This document shows positions 1-8,767 of a DNA stretch of 64,000 nucleotides, piece after piece. Numbering within the stretch: the first letter of the stretch is position 1; the number at the start of each line of letters is the position of its first letter. The stretch lies in assembly GCA_963702095.1 (NCBI GenBank), contig OY969706.1:1984001-2048000 (forward strand), given 5' to 3'. Origin of the DNA: Candidatus Bathyarchaeota archaeon. GTDB taxonomy: Archaea; Thermoproteota; Bathyarchaeia; Bathyarchaeales; Bathycorpusculaceae. Below the pieces are notes generated by a model. That model did no database searches and had not been told where the DNA came from. It saw only the letters and a list, made by a program, of their open reading frames with translations. The translations under genes and the position numbers were made by a program.

Positions 1-2
1 AG

Positions 3-590
3 GTTGACGCCATCGTCCGCAGAAACTTTGTCACTAATACCCTCAACGTTATCCCTCTCTCACCCAAGAAAGCTTCAACGCAAAAGAAATGCGGCATCCA
101 CGCCATTTGTGGTGCAGGAACTGGAGCCCTTCTTATGAAAGCCCTAATTGACGAGGGATATAGCGTTACAGCAGGTGTCTTAACTACGCTCGACACCGAC
201 TTTGAAGCCTGTGAAATGCTAAAAATCCCAGTTGTAACCGAAGCGCCATTCACAACTATAACCGATGAAGCCTATTCGCAAACACTAGAAATGGTTGGCA
301 ACGCAAGCATGGTCGTTTTAACTTCGGTGCCCTTTGGCTTGGGCAACCTCAGAAACTTGGAGATAGCTAAAGAAGCGCTTAAACGCGGGACCCCAACCTA
401 CGTCATCGATGAGGTGCCTATCGAAAGCCGCGATTTCACCGGCGGAAAAGCAACTAAACTCATGTCGCAACTCAAGGAGGGTGGCGCAGTTTTTGTTAAG
501 AGCCCCTTGGATGTGCCTTCACTGCTCAACGGCGCTAAGGAAAAACCTGACTTGTCCGTGCAAACGGCGCTTGCCGGCCACACAAAATAA
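3..590 (+). CDS. C-terminal part of a cobalamin/iron ABC transporter ATP-binding protein (BtuD-like), 5'-truncated by the window
   Basis: Frame is open from the window start; IHAICGAGTG...LDTD C-terminal extension typical of archaeal BtuD-like ATPases; next to the cbi operon. Confidence 0.65.
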   Translation, partial: VDAIVRRNFVTNTLNVIPLSPKKASTQKKCGIHAICGAGTGALLMKALIDEGYSVTAGVLTTLDTDFEACEMLKIPVVTEAPFTTITDEAYSQTLEMVGNASMVVLTSVPFGLGNLRNLEIAKEALKRGTPTYVIDEVPIESRDFTGGKATKLMSQLKEGGAVFVKSPLDVPSLLNGAKEKPDLSVQTALAGHTK

Positions 591-601
591 TTTACGCTAG
601 G

Positions 602-1432
602 TTAAGCTGAGAGGTCGTAGCCTCTTGCAGTAACCATCTTTCCATTGATGATTTTGGTAGCAGAGTTGCCAACGACTATGGTTGTGACCATGTCGATGTC
701 GCAGTTTAGCATATCCTTGAGTGTGGTAATGGTGAAGTTCTGTCCTTCCCTGCCCGCTTGCCGAACAACACCCACAGGCGTTTTGGGGTCAATATGCTTT
801 AGCATAATCTCGTAGGCTTTTATCAGCGGTTCCGTGCGTCCTTGGCTCTGAGGGTTATAGAGCACAATCGACATGTCAGCGGACGAGGCAGCTTCCAAGC
901 GGCGCTCGATTTTTGCCCATGGCGTCAACAGGTCGCTTAGGCTGATGACGGCGAAGTCGCTGATCAGGGGTGCGCCGAGAATGGCGGAGGCAGCTGTTGC
1001 CGCGGTCACGCCGGGGACAATTTCGACTGGCACGGGGTTTTTGTCTTTTGCAGCTACTTCCAAAACGACGCCTGCCATGCCGTAGACTCCTGGGTCGCCG
1101 CTGGAAACCATCACCACGGCTTTGCCCTCTTTGGCTTTGTCGACTGCGATTTGGGCACGTTCAACCTCTTTGCCCATGGTGCCTGAGATGACTTCAGCGG
1201 TTTTTTTGACTACGTTTTGGACAAGTTTGATGTATATGCCGTAGCCTACGACTACGTCGGCGCCCTTGATTTCACTGCGTGCCTTAGGCGTTAAGTGCTC
1301 GAGGCTGCCAGGTCCGATGCCGACGACGCTTATTCGCCCTGGGCTACCGCCACTGTTACCCCGTTTAGCTTCGTCTTTTTTAGAATCAACTTTGCGTTGT
1401 TTCCCGCTACCAGTAACGCTGCTCGTTCGCAT
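602..1432 (-). CDS. cbiH: cobalt-factor III / precorrin-3B C17-methyltransferase (start uncertain; possibly fused to CbiG)
   Basis: VVGIGPG, VSSGDPGVYGMAG, DFAVISLSDLLTPW, LYNP, RGY motifs. Confidence 0.93.
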   Translation of the reverse strand: MRTSSVTGSGKQRKVDSKKDEAKRGNSGGSPGRISVVGIGPGSLEHLTPKARSEIKGADVVVGYGIYIKLVQNVVKKTAEVISGTMGKEVERAQIAVDKAKEGKAVVMVSSGDPGVYGMAGVVLEVAAKDKNPVPVEIVPGVTAATAASAILGAPLISDFAVISLSDLLTPWAKIERRLEAASSADMSIVLYNPQSQGRTEPLIKAYEIMLKHIDPKTPVGVVRQAGREGQNFTITTLKDMLNCDIDMVTTIVVGNSATKIINGKMVTARGYDLSA

Positions 1433-2415
1433 ACTCCTCCAACACCTATTTTTTCTTGAACCATCGCTGAATCAGGCGACAAATCCTCGTTAGTGACCAA
1501 ACGAAGTGCCTCGACACTTAAAAACTCCAGCGGTGCCCCCAACTTCTCCACTGCCTCAAGCATCGGCTGCGAATCCCGTTTGATATCAACTGTTGCGAAG
1601 CGGTACACCCGCGATAGTGGCACATGGACTTTTTCGAGTGCAGTGTCGACCGCTGTTATTATGCTATCCGCTGACGCATCCTTGCGGGCTCCTAACCCAA
1701 CCACAACATGCCTGGTTTTTAGTATAGTGAAGGGCTTCACAAAGCTGGCGACGGACAATGGTTCATGGGTGATTATGATGCCTGCGTCAAACCTGTTGAT
1801 TACGTCAAGCGCTTCTGCACCATTCTGTGCAGTTTGCACTTCAAACGCGCCTATGGCGTTAGCTGGAATCTTGGGCTCGGCAACCAAAACAATCACAACG
1901 CGGTCTCCGTTGACAATTGCAGAATTCACTGCGACGAGGCTGTCAGGATTCTGGATTGAAAGATGCAGGGTTTGGGCGAGTCCATCCACGCTTTGCTTGC
2001 CCATCACATCAGTGGCGGTGGTGATGACGGGTACGGCGTTTATGGCTTTAGCGACGATGTGCGCTAAATCGTTGGCTCCGCCTAGATCGCCGCTGAGGAG
2101 GCTTATGGAGAATTTTCCCGCTGCATCCACCCCGACCACTGCAGGGTCAGTTAGTTTGCTCTCTAAGAGCGGTGCAACGGATCGGATGATTATGCCTGAA
2201 GCCATAACCGCCACGATAGCGTCCACTTTGTTGTAGATGTCTTTTAGGAAGTCGGCGAGTTTTTTATCCATCGAGAGGACGCCGTTTTGGCTGTACTTTT
2301 TTGTGGCGTAAACCGTCGAGTTTAAGCCGGCGACGTCTAAGCCCTTCTGGATTTTCAGCGCTGTCTCGATGCCTCGACGCGTAATTGCAACAACAACTAT
2401 GCCGCGGTCATACAT
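1330..2415 (-). CDS. cbiG: cobalt-precorrin-5A hydrolase
   Basis: MASGIIIR, DPAVVGVD, GGAN, PVITTATD, GVCERAAL, GVTVAVA; ATG at 2415 follows the cbiF stop. Confidence 0.93.
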   Translation of the reverse strand: MYDRGIVVVAITRRGIETALKIQKGLDVAGLNSTVYATKKYSQNGVLSMDKKLADFLKDIYNKVDAIVAVMASGIIIRSVAPLLESKLTDPAVVGVDAAGKFSISLLSGDLGGANDLAHIVAKAINAVPVITTATDVMGKQSVDGLAQTLHLSIQNPDSLVAVNSAIVNGDRVVIVLVAEPKIPANAIGAFEVQTAQNGAEALDVINRFDAGIIITHEPLSVASFVKPFTILKTRHVVVGLGARKDASADSIITAVDTALEKVHVPLSRVYRFATVDIKRDSQPMLEAVEKLGAPLEFLSVEALRLVTNEDLSPDSAMVQEKIGVGGVCERAALLVAGNNAKLILKKTKLNGVTVAVAQGE

Positions 2416-2416
2416 C

Positions 2417-3181
2417 TTACTCTTCGCCTTTACGGAACCCCGTCGTGAATTTGGGGTCATAGAGCTTAGATAAATCGTAAGCTGGGGGGTCTAAAACTTT
2501 TCCCACAAAAATCAAGGCTGTTTCCGTTATGCCAGCCGCTTTAACCTTCCAAACGATGTCTGCTAGGGTTCCTTTGACGATTTTCTGCTGTGGCCAAGTG
2601 GCTTTGTATACGACTTGACAGGGCGTGTCTTCTGCGTAGCCGCCTTTCTGGAGTTCCTCCACGACTTTGGCGATGTGGGGGGTGCCCAAGAAAATGACCA
2701 TGGTGGCTTGGTGGGTGGCGAGTTTTCGGATGCTTTCCGCTTCGGGGACGGGTGTGCGGCCTTCTGGTCGGGTGATTATGACTGTCTGGGAAATGTTTGG
2801 CAGAGTCAATTCGCGGTTGAGTGATGCGGCTCCGCCTTGTAGGCAACTGACGCCGGGGATGCGAAAGTATTCTATGCCTTCGCGGTCAAGGGCAGTCATG
2901 ACTTCTTGGATTGCACCGTAGAAGCTTGGGTCGCCGTCGTGGAGGCGCACGACGAGTTTGTCGGCTTTGATGCCTGCCACTATTACCTTGAGCATTTCGG
3001 GCAACCCCATCTTTGCGCTGTCATAGAGTTCCACGCCTTTTTTGCAGTACTTGAGGTAATCTGGGTTTAGGAGGCTGCCTGCGTAGATGACGACGTCAGC
3101 TTGCTCCAGCACTTTTTTGCCCTTAAGAGTGATTAACTCAGGGTCACCGGGGCCAGCGCCGATAAACACGAGTTTCTTCAT
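2417..3181 (-). CDS. cbiF: cobalt-precorrin-4 C11-methyltransferase
   Basis: FIGAGPGDPELIT, YAGSL, RLHDGDPSFYGAI, SKLYDPKF; ATG at 3181 overlaps the cbiL stop (ATGA). Confidence 0.95.
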   Translation of the reverse strand: MKKLVFIGAGPGDPELITLKGKKVLEQADVVIYAGSLLNPDYLKYCKKGVELYDSAKMGLPEMLKVIVAGIKADKLVVRLHDGDPSFYGAIQEVMTALDREGIEYFRIPGVSCLQGGAASLNRELTLPNISQTVIITRPEGRTPVPEAESIRKLATHQATMVIFLGTPHIAKVVEELQKGGYAEDTPCQVVYKATWPQQKIVKGTLADIVWKVKAAGITETALIFVGKVLDPPAYDLSKLYDPKFTTGFRKGEE

Positions 3182-3951
3182 TTTTTGCCGCATCCGTTTC
3201 CGTTTTCTTTCCAGTGAATAGGAACCTGACTTTTCTTGACTATAGCAACTGAGAAATAGTCTTCTTTCACATCCCACTTGGCAACGTCGCCGAGTTTACC
3301 AACCATCACCTTCTCCTCAGGCAAAGTGCACCGCTTCACTAAGGCGACGGTGGAGTTTTCGGTGAAGCCAGATTTAAGCAGGATGGGGATGAATTCTTTG
3401 AGGTGATAAGCGCATTTCATAAAAACCAGGTTTTCTGCGTGTTTAGCTGCATCTTCCAAATGGGCGGGGCTTAAATCTGTTGGAATAATGGTCACGACTT
3501 CTTCTTTCTCCGCCAACGGCAATTTGGAGCTGGCTGCCACGGCTGTGACTGAGGTGACGCCCGGGATGATTTCAAGTTCTATCTCGGGGTAAGTTTCTTT
3601 CACAAACTCATAGAGGTAGAGGAATGTGCTGTAGAGCATGGGGTCGCCCAGTGTAATGAAGACAACGCTGCCTCTTCGGGCTCTATCGGCGACGATAGCT
3701 GCGTTTTCAGCCCAGAGTTTGCGGCAGTTTAGTTCATCTCGACTCATGGGGAAAACAAGTTCGAGGATTTCAGCGGGTTTAGTGCGTTCATCCAAAATCG
3801 GTTTAATCATGCCCAGTGCCATGCTGGGTTTACTTGCGTGGCTTTTAGGTACACAGATTACATCTGCTGCTTTGAGCGCTTTTGCCGCTTTAATTGTGAG
3901 GAGTTCGGGGTCGCCTGGACCAACACCGATGCCTATGAATACGCCAACCAA
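3178..3951 (-). CDS. cbiL: cobalt-precorrin-2 / factor II C20-methyltransferase
   Basis: GIGVGPGDPELLT, LVFPM, TLGDPMLYST, YFS motifs. Confidence 0.93.
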   Translation of the reverse strand: MVGVFIGIGVGPGDPELLTIKAAKALKAADVICVPKSHASKPSMALGMIKPILDERTKPAEILELVFPMSRDELNCRKLWAENAAIVADRARRGSVVFITLGDPMLYSTFLYLYEFVKETYPEIELEIIPGVTSVTAVAASSKLPLAEKEEVVTIIPTDLSPAHLEDAAKHAENLVFMKCAYHLKEFIPILLKSGFTENSTVALVKRCTLPEEKVMVGKLGDVAKWDVKEDYFSVAIVKKSQVPIHWKENGNGCGKK

Positions 3952-3964
3952 ACCAATTTTCCCC

Positions 3965-4579
3965 CTAAAGTTTTGTCGCTGAAACTACCGTAATTGGATT
4001 TCTCGCCAACATCATGGTTCCACTGTTTATTTGTTTTCCTTTAGCCACAGAAATATTGGCTATATCAATGTCTCTGTAGCCTAAAGCTTGGAGTTCAGTT
4101 ATTGCAGCAGTTGCGGTTTCCAGCAGTATGGCATTGATGACGATTCTGCCGTTCGGTCTAAGTTTGCTGCTGGCAATTTGGAGAATTGCCCTAAGGGAAG
4201 CGCCTCCTCCGCCAACGAGGACAACATCAGCGTCTGGGACAGTAATAAGAGCCTGAGGCGCTTTGCCGCTTAAGATTGTTACGCTGCTTTTGACGCCGAA
4301 TTTTTCGCAATTGCTCGATGTCAATTTGATTGCTTCTGGATCTTCGTCGATGGCGTACACTTTGCCTTTTGACCCCACTTGGAGCGCTGCCTCCACTGTT
4401 AAGCCGCCTGTGCCACAACCAACGTCGACAACGATGTCTCCTTCGCTTAGCCTCGCTTTGGCGATGGTGACTACTCGTATTTCCTCTTTTGTCGGTCCTG
4501 GAACCGCTTCGCTTTGTATGAATGCTTCGTCAGGTATGCCTGGCGTCTTGTATGCCCATTCTTTGGTCATTTCCTTCAA
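3965..4579 (-). CDS. cbiT: cobalt-precorrin-6B C15-methyltransferase (decarboxylating); alternative ATG at 4570
   Basis: PGIPD..F, GPTKEEIR, DVGCGTGG, ARNP. Confidence 0.93.
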   Translation of the reverse strand: MKEMTKEWAYKTPGIPDEAFIQSEAVPGPTKEEIRVVTIAKARLSEGDIVVDVGCGTGGLTVEAALQVGSKGKVYAIDEDPEAIKLTSSNCEKFGVKSSVTILSGKAPQALITVPDADVVLVGGGGASLRAILQIASSKLRPNGRIVINAILLETATAAITELQALGYRDIDIANISVAKGKQINSGTMMLARNPITVVSATKL

Positions 4580-4595
4580 CTTCTCGTTTAGTTCG

Positions 4596-5252
4596 TTATT
4601 GTTTGATAACCATTACACATAGATGCCTAAAACTTTGGGTAGCTGCCTTTTCAAGGGTGGTTTGGGTGATTTTTTCGTTTTCTAGGGTGATGTTTTCACA
4701 GGCGTAGACCGGGGTTTGGGGGTCTGCACCGGTCTCGAGGAGTAGGGCTGCGATGTCTTTGGGTGCAAAATCCTTCTGCGCAGGCAACAGGAGGATGGTG
4801 CGTCCACATTGGTAGGCGGAGACCAATTTGCCTTTAGCGTCGTCGGATACGTCGCCTTCATGGAAAGTGAAGAGGCGTGTGTTGTCCCAGCTTATGTTTA
4901 AGCGGGCTGCGCAAGCCTGTATTGAGCTGACTCCGGGAATGACATGGATGTCTTTTTCTTGGAATAATCCGCTTTCCAGAACCGTATGCAGTAGCCCAGA
5001 GAAACCGGGGTCGCCTGTGGAAAGCAAAGCAACGTTTTTTCCTGCTTTAACTGATTGGGCCGCTTTTTTTAGCGAGTCTTCTAGGTTTTTGGCGGTTAAA
5101 ACAACTGTTTCCGCTTTGATACCCCCAGAAAAGAGTGCAACACTTCTTTGCGCCCCAAAAACCAAATCTGCGTTCTGCACAGCCTTTTCTGCGGCTGCTG
5201 TAACATAATCGGGTGAACCTGGCCCGACGCCGACTATTTCAAGTTTAGCCAA
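4596..5252 (-). CDS. cbiE: cobalt-precorrin-7 C5-methyltransferase
   Basis: IVGVGPGSPDY, LSTGDPGFSG, PGVSSIQ, ENITLENE. Confidence 0.92.
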   Translation of the reverse strand: MAKLEIVGVGPGSPDYVTAAAEKAVQNADLVFGAQRSVALFSGGIKAETVVLTAKNLEDSLKKAAQSVKAGKNVALLSTGDPGFSGLLHTVLESGLFQEKDIHVIPGVSSIQACAARLNISWDNTRLFTFHEGDVSDDAKGKLVSAYQCGRTILLLPAQKDFAPKDIAALLLETGADPQTPVYACENITLENEKITQTTLEKAATQSFRHLCVMVIKQ

Positions 5253-6334
5253 GGCTTATCACACCGTGCGTTCGTGTCCATCCCAAGGACTTTGCCGTCC
5301 ATGGCGACGATTACAACACTTATCTTTATCTTATTTTCTACCCTGTCACTGACTTGCTTGTGGATCCGCTCGGCGATGAGGTTGTATGTGGGTTCAACGA
5401 GGTTGGTTTGGCGGAGGATTTCGGTGGCTTCGTCGGTGGTGTTTGCTTCGAGGAGTGCCCTGATGGTTTTGGTGTCTGCCCCTGCGGCTCCTGCGTAGGA
5501 TGCGACGACTTCGTTGCGTGCGTCGCCGACTTTGTGGTGAGTGTTAAAGATTCTTGCGGCAACTTTGACAAGTTTCCCCGAATGCCCGAGCATGATAATT
5601 TCTTTGACGCCTCTCTCGACGGCTTTGTCAAGCATGTAGCCGACGAAGTCGCCTGTCTGCACAATCGCATCCTCGGATACGCCGAATTTTTCTTTGGCGA
5701 TGCGTTCGCCGATGTTGCCTGGTACGTAGAGTATACGCTTGTAGCCTCGGGCGATGGCAACGTCGATTTGGGGCACCAGTGAACGGCGGCATGCTTCGAG
5801 CGAAAGCGGCTTCACAACGCCTGTTGTGCCCAAGATGGATACGCCGCCTTTTATGCCGAGCTTGTCGTTCATGGTTTTCTTGGTGATGCTGGCGCCTTCG
5901 GGTGCAGATATGAGGATTTCTGCGCCTTTTCCGGGCGGGAGGACTTCTTTGACGGCTTCGATTATCATGGCTTGGGGCACGGGGTTGATGGCGCCTTCGC
6001 CGATGGGCACCTGCAAACCGGGTTTGGTGACTACGCCGATGCCTTCGCCGCTTTTAATGGTAATTTTGCCGTCGTCAGTCAAGGTGACTTTGGCAGTGAT
6101 TTCCATTTTGTCGGTTACGTCGATGTCTTGCCCCGCGTCCTTTACGGTGACTGCTTCTGCGGAGTCCACGCCGAGTTTTCTGCTGCTTTTAATTGGCACC
6201 TCAAAACGTAGCCCGATTGGGGTAGGGATAACAACGCGGTCCACCGGCTCCTTTTGTGCTGCGATTGCCGCGGCTTTCGCCGCCGCAGCCGCTGTTGCAC
6301 CCGTCGTTATGCCATACTTCAAAAACCGAGCCAT
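5234..6334 (-). CDS. cbiD: cobalt-precorrin-5B C1-methyltransferase
   Basis: GITTGATAAAA, KDAG.D.DVT, GIGVVTKPGL, AINPVP, GGVSILGTTG, GHSGKLVKVA. Confidence 0.95.
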   Translation of the reverse strand: MARFLKYGITTGATAAAAAKAAAIAAQKEPVDRVVIPTPIGLRFEVPIKSSRKLGVDSAEAVTVKDAGQDIDVTDKMEITAKVTLTDDGKITIKSGEGIGVVTKPGLQVPIGEGAINPVPQAMIIEAVKEVLPPGKGAEILISAPEGASITKKTMNDKLGIKGGVSILGTTGVVKPLSLEACRRSLVPQIDVAIARGYKRILYVPGNIGERIAKEKFGVSEDAIVQTGDFVGYMLDKAVERGVKEIIMLGHSGKLVKVAARIFNTHHKVGDARNEVVASYAGAAGADTKTIRALLEANTTDEATEILRQTNLVEPTYNLIAERIHKQVSDRVENKIKISVVIVAMDGKVLGMDTNARCDKPWLNLK

Positions 6335-6346
6335 AACCAATCACTT

Positions 6347-7417
6347 TTAACCGTATAGTTTGCCTTCTGCTTTTGTGAGTAACGCGTTGAAAATTGCAAC
6401 GGCTATGGTGCTGCCGCCTTTGCGTCCCCTTGTAATGACATAGGGAACGGGGAGTTTAGCTACGACTTCTTTGGATTCCGCTGCACCGACGAAGCCCACG
6501 GGAACAGCCACAATCAATGCGGGTTTGACTTTGCCAGCTTTGACTTGGTCAGCGAGTTCTAAAGCTGCAGTGGGCGCGTTGCCAATGAGCACAATCGCAC
6601 CGTCTAAGCCATCGTCAATGGCAAGTCGCATGGCGGCTGCAGAACGGGTGAGTTTTTCGGATTTAGCCAATTCCATGACACGATAATCATTCATGTAAGT
6701 TTGCACTTGCGTTCCGAATTTCTTGAGGCGCACGTCATTGATGCCTGCTTTGACCATCTTGACGTCTGATATGACTTTGGCGCCTGCTTTAATCGCGTCA
6801 ACGCCAGCTTGAACTGCGTCGTCGCTGATAACTAGGAGTTTTGCGAATTCGGGATCGGCTGTGGTGTGAACAACTCGCTCAACAACGGCGACTTTGTCTT
6901 GGGGGAGTTTGGCGAGGTCTTCTCCGATGGCTTCTCGGATAAGCATCATGGACTTGTCCACGATTTTTACTGCTGCAGCAACGGAGTAGGCGTCTTGGAT
7001 CTCGCTGTCTTTTTTGATTTCTGCACCGGCGGCTTTGAAGGCTTTCTCTTCAAGGATGTCGGCTATGCGTTCGTCGCTGCCGATGGGTTCGCCGTAGACG
7101 AGTTCGATGCCTCTTGCTTTGAGGTCAGGCTGCTTCTCTTTCACCCCGATGAGTCCGGGAATGTCTTGTGTAGTGTGGACACCCTGTGCAAGAAAAGCGG
7201 GAACCAACACAATTTTTGTTACGCCTTTGGCTGCGACGGTGTCGATGGCTTCTTCGACGGTAGGGGTGTCGCGGACCATAAAGGCGATTTCCACGGTTTT
7301 GAATTCTTGGCGACTGCGCAGTATGTCTGCTAGTTTTTCGAGGTTTTCTCGGTTATGGGGCAGTTTGCTTCCGTGTCCAATCAGTATTAAACCAACTGTG
7401 CTTAGTGACTTTAACAA
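6347..7417 (-). CDS. cbiX-cbiC: fusion of CbiX(S)-type sirohydrochlorin cobaltochelatase and cobalt-precorrin-8 methylmutase
   Basis: N-terminal GHGS...VPAFLAQGVHTTQDIP (CbiX); C-terminal RVVHTTAD, IGNAPTA, PVGFVGAAESK, GRKGGS (CbiC). Confidence 0.92.
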   Translation of the reverse strand: MLKSLSTVGLILIGHGSKLPHNRENLEKLADILRSRQEFKTVEIAFMVRDTPTVEEAIDTVAAKGVTKIVLVPAFLAQGVHTTQDIPGLIGVKEKQPDLKARGIELVYGEPIGSDERIADILEEKAFKAAGAEIKKDSEIQDAYSVAAAVKIVDKSMMLIREAIGEDLAKLPQDKVAVVERVVHTTADPEFAKLLVISDDAVQAGVDAIKAGAKVISDVKMVKAGINDVRLKKFGTQVQTYMNDYRVMELAKSEKLTRSAAAMRLAIDDGLDGAIVLIGNAPTAALELADQVKAGKVKPALIVAVPVGFVGAAESKEVVAKLPVPYVITRGRKGGSTIAVAIFNALLTKAEGKLYG

Positions 7418-8704
7418 TTAGTTTTTCTCCGCTTTATCAAACAGTTTCGCCGCAACTTCAATGGCTTGCCTATCACCATTTTTGGCGGCTACCCTAAGAT
7501 TTTCAACTATAGGAATAAAAGTTTGCTTGAGCAAAATAGAAGTTAAATCGTTGAGAACCCCTTTTTGGCGTTCGTCAAGGTTGCCCATCATACCTATTGC
7601 AGTAAGGAGTTCTCTTTGCCGTATCTGTTCCGCTTGGGAGAGCAAGTCCGAGACAATCAAGCGCACGCTGAGGCCTTTCATGTCATCTTCGAGAACAAGG
7701 AGGTCTTTGTCTAGGATGGTTTGGGCTTTCTCGATGGCTTTCTCGCGCTGTGCCTTGTTTTTCTCAGCGATCATCTGGAGGTCGTCGATATTGTAGAGTT
7801 TGGCGCCTTCGACTTCACTGACGGTTTTTTCCACGTTGCGGGGGTTGGATATGTCGATGATTATCATGGGAGCTTTGTTTTTGCGCTGCTTCATCAACCG
7901 CGACATAATCTCTTTAGTGAGCAGGTAGTGGGGGGCTGAAGTCGAGCAGATAACCACATCTGCATCAACCATGACCTCGTCAAACTTGTCAAACTTTACC
8001 GCTTTACCCGAGAGGTCCTCTGCCAGTTTAACTGCACGGTCATAAGTGCGATTTGCTATGAAAATCGGGCTGAGGCATCGGCGTGCTAATGCTTTAGAGA
8101 CTAAGGTGCCGATTTCTCCTGCGCCCATAACGAGGATTTTTTTGTCCTCCAAATTGCCAAGCAAAGTGACTGCTAATTCTACGGCGGCGGACCCGACCGA
8201 AACTGCACCCTTGTTGATGCCGGTTTGGTTGCGGACCCGCCGACCGATTGTCATGGCTCTGTTGAAAAGGTGTTTAAGTACTGGACCTAAAGTTTTTGCG
8301 TTGTCAGCTTGAAGGTAGGCGTCCCAGGCTTGGTTGAGGATTTGGTCTTCGCCGATAACCATGGACTCCATGCCCGAGGTTACTCGGAGGAGATGGTTTA
8401 TGGCGTCGTTGTCAGACGCGGTTTCTATGGCTTTGAAGGCTTCCGCGGTGTGTTCCCCAGCTCTCTTTGCAAATAATTCCTTAGCCAATGCGGCTGTGTT
8501 TTGGGCTTCTTCTGCGACAAGATAGATTTCTATGCGGTTACAAGTCTGCAGGTACAGGCATTCCTCCACGCCTTCTATGGCGTGTAGTTCGGCAAGGGCT
8601 TGTGTTTTCTCTTTGAAGGCTACTGCTTCCATCAGCATCACACGCGCTGTCTTATGCGTGATGCGAACGTTGAGTATGTGATCCGTCTTTGCCGAGGAAT
8701 GCAT
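7418..8704 (-). CDS. hemA: glutamyl-tRNA reductase
   Basis: TCNRIEIY, GMESMVIGEDQI, GAGEIG, ANRT, DISNPRNV. Confidence 0.96.
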   Translation of the reverse strand: MHSSAKTDHILNVRITHKTARVMLMEAVAFKEKTQALAELHAIEGVEECLYLQTCNRIEIYLVAEEAQNTAALAKELFAKRAGEHTAEAFKAIETASDNDAINHLLRVTSGMESMVIGEDQILNQAWDAYLQADNAKTLGPVLKHLFNRAMTIGRRVRNQTGINKGAVSVGSAAVELAVTLLGNLEDKKILVMGAGEIGTLVSKALARRCLSPIFIANRTYDRAVKLAEDLSGKAVKFDKFDEVMVDADVVICSTSAPHYLLTKEIMSRLMKQRKNKAPMIIIDISNPRNVEKTVSEVEGAKLYNIDDLQMIAEKNKAQREKAIEKAQTILDKDLLVLEDDMKGLSVRLIVSDLLSQAEQIRQRELLTAIGMMGNLDERQKGVLNDLTSILLKQTFIPIVENLRVAAKNGDRQAIEVAAKLFDKAEKN

Positions 8705-8767
8705 GGTTGGATAAACCGACCGGCTTAAATATAAGGTTTACTCGTAAATAGCCGATGGCGCTCTTCG
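8705..8767. promoter_or_regulatory. 63-nt divergent promoter region with a central AT core (TTAAATATAAG)
   Basis: The only intergenic space between hemA and the amidotransferase gene; TATA-like on both strands. Confidence 0.55.
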
